This document shows positions 58,975 through 64,000 of a DNA stretch of 64,000 bases, in pieces. Made by a program: the position numbers and the translations under genes. The notes under the pieces are model-generated. The model was not told the DNA's origin. It was given only the letters and a program-made list of their open reading frames with translations, and did no database searches. The DNA is taken from NCBI RefSeq assembly GCF_011045215.1, contig NZ_CP049201.1; one strand, given 5' to 3'. Positions within the stretch are counted from its first letter, which is position 1. The number at the start of each line of letters is the position of its first letter. This stretch comes from Escherichia coli (GTDB lineage: Bacteria > Pseudomonadota > Gammaproteobacteria > Enterobacterales > Enterobacteriaceae).

Positions 58975-60165
58975 CTATGCCGCATTCCCTTTCGCCATGG
59001 GAGCCAGTGCCGCAGGCAACTCTTTACCCAGCCCCTGCACCAGCGAATCTTGCGTAATTTCATTGATCGATTTCGCGCCAGTCAGCGTCATCGCCACTTT
59101 CATCTCTTTTTCGATCAGATTTAGCAGGTTAGCTACACCCGCCTGGCCCGCTGTTGCCAGCGCATACAGGAAAGCACGACCCAGCAGTACGGTGTCGGCA
59201 CCGAGCGCAATCATACGCACGACATCAAGCCCGTTACGAATTCCGCTATCCGCCAGAATGGCTATATCACCTTTCACCGCATCTGCAATAGCGGGCAACG
59301 CACGAGCGGAAGAGAGTACACCGTCCAGCTGGCGGCCACCGTGGTTAGAAACTACAATCCCATCAGCACCAAAACGTACTGCATCGCGCGCATCTTCCGG
59401 ATCGAGGATCCCTTTGATCACCATCGGGCCATCCCAGAAATCGCGGATCCACTCAAGGTCTTTCCATGAGATGGACGGATCGAAGTTATTCCCCAGCCAG
59501 CCGATGTAATCTTCCAGTCCGGTCGGTTTGCCGAGATAAGCTGAGATATTACCTAAATCATGTGGACGACCGTTCAGGCCCACATCCCACGCCCATTGCG
59601 GATGTGTCACCGCTTGCAAATAGCGGCGCATTGCCGCGTTCGGGCCGCTCATTCCAGAATGCGCATCACGATAACGCGCTCCCGGTGTCGGCATATCCAC
59701 GGTGAAAACCAGCGTCGAACAACCCGCTGCTTTTGCTCGCTCCAGCGCGTTACGCATAAAGCCGCGATCGCGCAGTACATAAAGCTGGAACCACATTGGG
59801 CGCTTGATGGCTGGCGCGACTTCTTCAATCGGGCAAACGGAAACCGTCGAGAGAGTAAACGGAATGCCATGCGCATCCGCCGCTTTGGCTGCCTGAACTT
59901 CGCCGCGTCGCGCATACATGCCACACAAACCTACCGGACCTAGCGCCACCGGCATCGACAATTTCTCATTAAACAGCGTCGTTTCCAGGCTTAAGTCGGA
60001 CATGTTTTTCAGAATACGCTGGCGCAGCGCCACTTCTGACAAATCTTCCACGTTGCGGCGCAGCGTGTATTCAGAATATGCACCCCCATCCATATAGTGG
60101 AACAGGAACGGCGGCAGAATGCGTTGCGCTGCGGCGCGATAATCGCTGGCTGCGGAAATAATCAT
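58975..60165 (-). CDS. lldD: L-lactate dehydrogenase (FMN-dependent)
   Basis: 396 aa, [42 protein letters not shown]. Confidence 0.95.
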   Translation of the reverse strand: MIISAASDYRAAAQRILPPFLFHYMDGGAYSEYTLRRNVEDLSEVALRQRILKNMSDLSLETTLFNEKLSMPVALGPVGLCGMYARRGEVQAAKAADAHGIPFTLSTVSVCPIEEVAPAIKRPMWFQLYVLRDRGFMRNALERAKAAGCSTLVFTVDMPTPGARYRDAHSGMSGPNAAMRRYLQAVTHPQWAWDVGLNGRPHDLGNISAYLGKPTGLEDYIGWLGNNFDPSISWKDLEWIRDFWDGPMVIKGILDPEDARDAVRFGADGIVVSNHGGRQLDGVLSSARALPAIADAVKGDIAILADSGIRNGLDVVRMIALGADTVLLGRAFLYALATAGQAGVANLLNLIEKEMKVAMTLTGAKSINEITQDSLVQGLGKELPAALAPMAKGNAA

Positions 60166-60938
60166 GCGTTTTTCTCCCTCGAATGCTCATTATGCTCACC
60201 GGGCAGGCGGGTAATCCGTGCGTGGCGAGCCTGATCTTCATCGAATCGTTTCATGGTGGTGTGAACAAAACTAAGGTGCGCCATCATTGCTTTACGCGCC
60301 CCATCGGCATCACCAGCAAAAATGGCGTCAATGACAGCCTGATGTTGTTCGGTCAGTTGTGAAAAAACCGGTGGCACCAGATACATCCGCTGACGGCTAT
60401 GCTTCACTGAGGATTGCAGGACATCGAAGAAACCGCGCATGGTTTGCAGCAGCACGATGTTATGTGAGGCTTCGGCAATCGCCAGATGAAAACGAACGTC
60501 CGCTTGTGAGGCGATATCCGGGTCTTCACTTAGCGTTGCTTCAAAGCAAAGCTGAATCTTTTCTTTGTCGCCAGGTGTGGCGCGCATTGCCGCATGCCAT
60601 GCGGTGCTGGCTTCAATGGCGTAGCGGGCTTCCAGAATATCGAAACTGTAATCCGGATCATCGGCCATCAGCGTTTTTAGCGGCTGGACGATGTTTTGCT
60701 CCGACCATGTGTCATGACGCCAGCGAATAAACGTCCCGCCGCCGCGTCGACTGAGCAGCACGCCTTCGCTCACCAGTTTTGCCAGCGCCTCGCGCAGTGA
60801 ATTACGTGATACGCCGAGTTGCATCGCCAGTTGACGTTCAGCGGGCAACTTCATGCCCGCTTCCAGGTTTTTTTCATCAATCAGCGCCCGCACACGATCG
60901 GCAACCTCGTCTGACAGGCGTCTGGGTAAAACAATCAT
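60162..60938 (-). CDS. lldR: GntR-family regulator of the lld operon
   Basis: 258 aa from [52 protein letters not shown] (HTH). Confidence 0.9.
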   Translation of the reverse strand: MIVLPRRLSDEVADRVRALIDEKNLEAGMKLPAERQLAMQLGVSRNSLREALAKLVSEGVLLSRRGGGTFIRWRHDTWSEQNIVQPLKTLMADDPDYSFDILEARYAIEASTAWHAAMRATPGDKEKIQLCFEATLSEDPDIASQADVRFHLAIAEASHNIVLLQTMRGFFDVLQSSVKHSRQRMYLVPPVFSQLTEQHQAVIDAIFAGDADGARKAMMAHLSFVHTTMKRFDEDQARHARITRLPGEHNEHSREKNA

Positions 60939-62593
60939 TAAGGAATCATCCACGTTAAGACATAAGCCTGAAGCGTGGTGATCACGCCCACCATACAGGT
61001 GAAGATCAGGCTGTGTTTGACAGTAAAGCGGAACAAATCAGACTCTTTGCCCACCAGGCCTACCGCCGCACAGGCGATAGCGATAGATTGCGGGGAGATC
61101 ATCTTACCGGTGACGCCACCGGTGGTATTGGCGGCAACCAGCAACAGATCAGAGACGCCAATTTGTTGTGCTGCGGTGGCTTGCAGCGCGGCGAACAGGG
61201 CGTTAGATGAGGTATCCGACCCGGTCAGGAATACCCCCAGCCAGCCGAGGAACGGCGAGAAGAAGGTGAATGCATGACCGGTGTGCGCCAGTGCCAGCGC
61301 CAGTGTTGATGACAGTCCGGAATAGTTCGAAATAAAGGCGAATGCCAGCACCATACCGATGGAGTAGATGGGCAGAGCCAGTTCTTTCAGCGTGCTGCCG
61401 AAGGTGCTGATAGCGTCAGACGGTTTCATCTTCAGCCAGACAACCGAGAGCAGCGCAGCAAACAGAATGGCGGTACCGGTGGCAGAGAACCAGTCGAACT
61501 TAAACACGGCGGCATAGGCTGTAGCCTCGCTGACCACTGGCGGCATACGGGCAACCAGTTTATCGAGGTACGGCACCGGAATATTGATCACCCATTCATA
61601 CAGCGCACCACCCGAAGCGAACAGGGCTTTAAACGGCGGGATGCTCCACAGTGTAACGGTAGCGGTCAGGAACAGGAACGGTGTCCAGGCACGTAACACC
61701 TGACCCGCAGTGTAACCGGTGTGGGCCAGCGTCATATCAACCTGTGACGCCCCCAAATCACCAAAACGGAATACGCGCACTGGCTGCCAGCGTTTGAGGA
61801 ACAGCGTCAGGCAGAGCAGTGATACCAGTGAAGAGATAATGTCCGGCAGCTCCGGCCCAATGAAGTTAGAGCTAAGGTACTGAGCGATGGCAAACGAGCC
61901 GCCCGCAACCACGACCGCAGGCCAGGTTTCTTTGATACCGCGCCAGCCGTCCATAATCGCCATGATCCAGAACAGCACGATAATGGTCATAAACGGTAGC
62001 TGCCGCCCCACCATCTGACCAATCTCAAAGCTGTCGATACCTGTTACCTGTCCGGCAACCAGGATTGGAATGCCCATCGCGCCAAATGCCACTGGCGCGG
62101 TGTTAACAATCAGGCACAGCCCAGCGGCGTACAGCGGTTTAAAGCCCAGGCCGACCAGCAATGCGGCGGTAATTGCTACCGGTGCGCCAAAGCCTGCGGC
62201 TCCTTCAAGGAAAGCGCCGAAACAGAAACCGACGATCAGCATTTGCAGACGCTGGTCAGGGGTTATCGAAAGAATAGACGAGCGAATGATGTCAAACTGC
62301 CCGGTTTTCACCGAGATCTTATAGACGAACACTGCTGCAATAATGATCCACGCGATGGGCCACAACCCGTAGAAGAAGCCATAAACCACCGAGGCCAGCG
62401 CGTTAGCGACCGGCATTTTATAGAACAGCAAAGCCACGGCAAGGGCGATTGCCACTGTCCATGAGGCGGCGATGTATCCTTTCAGTTTGAGCTTAATCAG
62501 CGCAAAGAAGAAAAACAGGATGGGAAGCGATGCTATCAGGCTGGAAAGCCAGATATTCCCGGCGGGACCGTAGTTTTGTTGCCAGAGATTCAT
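60938..62593 (-). CDS. lldP: L-lactate permease
   Basis: 551 aa from [30 protein letters not shown]; stop overlaps the lldR start by 1 nt (TAATG). Confidence 0.9.
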   Translation of the reverse strand: MNLWQQNYGPAGNIWLSSLIASLPILFFFFALIKLKLKGYIAASWTVAIALAVALLFYKMPVANALASVVYGFFYGLWPIAWIIIAAVFVYKISVKTGQFDIIRSSILSITPDQRLQMLIVGFCFGAFLEGAAGFGAPVAITAALLVGLGFKPLYAAGLCLIVNTAPVAFGAMGIPILVAGQVTGIDSFEIGQMVGRQLPFMTIIVLFWIMAIMDGWRGIKETWPAVVVAGGSFAIAQYLSSNFIGPELPDIISSLVSLLCLTLFLKRWQPVRVFRFGDLGASQVDMTLAHTGYTAGQVLRAWTPFLFLTATVTLWSIPPFKALFASGGALYEWVINIPVPYLDKLVARMPPVVSEATAYAAVFKFDWFSATGTAILFAALLSVVWLKMKPSDAISTFGSTLKELALPIYSIGMVLAFAFISNYSGLSSTLALALAHTGHAFTFFSPFLGWLGVFLTGSDTSSNALFAALQATAAQQIGVSDLLLVAANTTGGVTGKMISPQSIAIACAAVGLVGKESDLFRFTVKHSLIFTCMVGVITTLQAYVLTWMIP

Positions 62594-62830
62594 TGCAGGT
62601 CTCCTGGAGTCCACGCACATCGTGTAATGAGTCTGTTGCTCATCTCCTTGTCACACGTTGTGTAAAAGTGGCACTGCCAATTGTGTTGTGTAGGGATAAT
62701 GACAATGAATGGTTAACTAAATGTTATGTATTGGCAACATTGATGTGAGTTTTAATTGGGGAATTGTGAACCAGAGGTCAGATAAGCGAAGAATTGGTAG
62801 GGCCAATTCTTGTGGGGGGAGATGTCTGGT

Positions 62831-62866
62831 AAAGAAAAGGGCAATCCTCATCAGAGAATTGCCCTT
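62831..62866 (-). terminator. Hairpin terminator, minus strand, downstream of the adhesin gene
   Basis: Stem aagggcaat/attgccctt followed on the minus strand by ttttcttt. Confidence 0.4.
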
Positions 62867-62879
62867 AGATTGTTGACCC

Positions 62880-62985
62880 GGTGCGCCTTATCTTGCCAGA
62901 TGCGGCGTGAACACCTTACTCGGCCTATAGGAATGTGCAGAATCACCCTGTAGGCCTGATAAGCGTAGCGCATCAGGCAATTTGG
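62880..62985. repeat. REP/BIME-like extragenic palindromic repeats (two inverted REP units)
   Basis: gccagatgcggcgtgaacaccttactcggcctatagg and ccctgtaggcctgataagcgtagcgcatcaggca resemble the enterobacterial REP (PU) consensus. Confidence 0.55.
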
Positions 62986-63019
62986 CGTTTGCCCTTAGTC
63001 ACACTAACTTAATGGATCA

Positions 63020-64000
63020 TTACCACTGAATACCGGCACCGAGTGCGGCGGAGTATTCACCCTGGCTATTGGTACTACCTTGTAATTTGTAGACCCAACG
63101 ACCATTGGCGCTCACCATCGATACACCTAAAGCAACTGCCGATTCACCGTTGTAAGTACCGCCACCAATAGAAGCCATGCTGGCACCTGGAGTGTAAGCC
63201 TGCGGCAGACCGGTCATTGCCATTGCAGAAGCGATACCACCGCTCAACTTGCTTTCAGTTTTAGACAGTTTGTTATCCATCTCAACCATCCGCTGATCGG
63301 TGTATTGCTTCGTTTCCTGCACGCTTTGCTTCAACTGCGCGTAGTTCACCGCGTCGTTGTTGTTGACGCCAGCGGAGACGTTGCTGATACGAGTCGTACC
63401 GCCGTTGCCGCCACCGAGGGTGATATTGCTATAGTCGATAGAACCATCAGCTTTGGTGTCGTAACGCACGCCGCCCGCCTCAGAAGACTTCAACTGCGCA
63501 ACGTTAACAGCATCGGTAGCATTTTTACCTGCGGCAACGTTAGTAATACGGCGTTGGTTAGTGGAAGAACCTACAGAGATTGTATTTTCTTCATCTGCAA
63601 CGGAACCGGTACCCAGTGCGACACTGTTGTCAGCGGCAGCAATGGAACCAGAACCAATAGCAACGCTATCTTTACCCTGGGCGTTGGCATCTACGCCATC
63701 GGTGTTGGTCTTGAAGTACTTGGTGCTACCGGTGGTTACAATGTCGCCAATACCGTTTTCGATATTAGTAACGCGAGTATCCAGATTAGTGACCTGATTG
63801 TTCAGGTTAGTAATGCTCTGGGTATTTTGCGCTACGCGCTCATCAGTGACTTTCAACTGACCCACGTTAACCGCATCGGTATCCGCTGAACCAGCTGCGA
63901 CGTTTGTGATCTGACGTTGACCGTCTTCACTACCAACAGAAAACTCACCTACAGAGTTCTGTGGTGCGTCCATGTTGTAGGCGGTGTAGCCAGTCTGTGC
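63020..64000 (-). CDS. Trimeric autotransporter adhesin (YadA-like), C-terminal part only; gene continues beyond the right window edge
   Basis: Frame is open to the window end. Repetitive Gly/Ser/Thr/Asn-rich head/stalk repeats ([54 protein letters not shown]), a coiled-coil neck and a YadA-type C-terminal anchor ending ...[10 protein letters not shown]. Confidence 0.75.
   Translation of the reverse strand, partial: AQTGYTAYNMDAPQNSVGEFSVGSEDGQRQITNVAAGSADTDAVNVGQLKVTDERVAQNTQSITNLNNQVTNLDTRVTNIENGIGDIVTTGSTKYFKTNTDGVDANAQGKDSVAIGSGSIAAADNSVALGTGSVADEENTISVGSSTNQRRITNVAAGKNATDAVNVAQLKSSEAGGVRYDTKADGSIDYSNITLGGGNGGTTRISNVSAGVNNNDAVNYAQLKQSVQETKQYTDQRMVEMDNKLSKTESKLSGGIASAMAMTGLPQAYTPGASMASIGGGTYNGESAVALGVSMVSANGRWVYKLQGSTNSQGEYSAALGAGIQW

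Overview
Enterobacterial (Escherichia coli-like, clearly not K-12) chromosomal segment. About 58 kb is conserved core backbone in the familiar order yicJ-yicI-yicH-xanP-gltS-recG-trmH-spoT-rpoZ-gmk-ligB-yicG-dinD-yicC-rph-pyrE-slmA-dut-coaBC-radC-rpmBG-mutM-coaD-waaA, then the waa LPS-core locus, htrL-kbl-tdh-waaH-yibQ-envC-gpmM-yibN-grxC-secB-gpsA-cysE-trmL-lldDRP. Gene identities were called by reading the translated ORFs against remembered protein sequences, lengths and synteny; no database search was run. Departures from that backbone: (1) the first 5.4 kb is the selC-proximal end of a genomic island with a P4-type tyrosine integrase next to the 3' end of tRNA-Sec, carrying a phosphoethanolamine-transferase-family gene, a TPR-like gene of unknown function and a truncated ORF; the island runs off the left edge. 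(2) A 1.3 kb insertion between pyrE and slmA holds a 319-aa reverse transcriptase preceded by about 300 bp of structured non-coding DNA, i.e. a retron, probably the described Ec107 and, as far as I recall, one with no recognised effector. (3) The waa outer-core region has an R3-like gene arrangement and is AT-rich. (4) waaH (yibD) carries an in-frame ochre stop at codon 31. (5) A roughly 95-bp GC-rich palindrome whose core resembles two inverted IS50 inside ends lies between trmL and lldD. (6) The right edge is the C-terminal part of a YadA-like trimeric autotransporter adhesin. No CRISPR array, rRNA or intact IS element was seen. The retron and the selC island cargo are the best candidates for a poorly characterised system.
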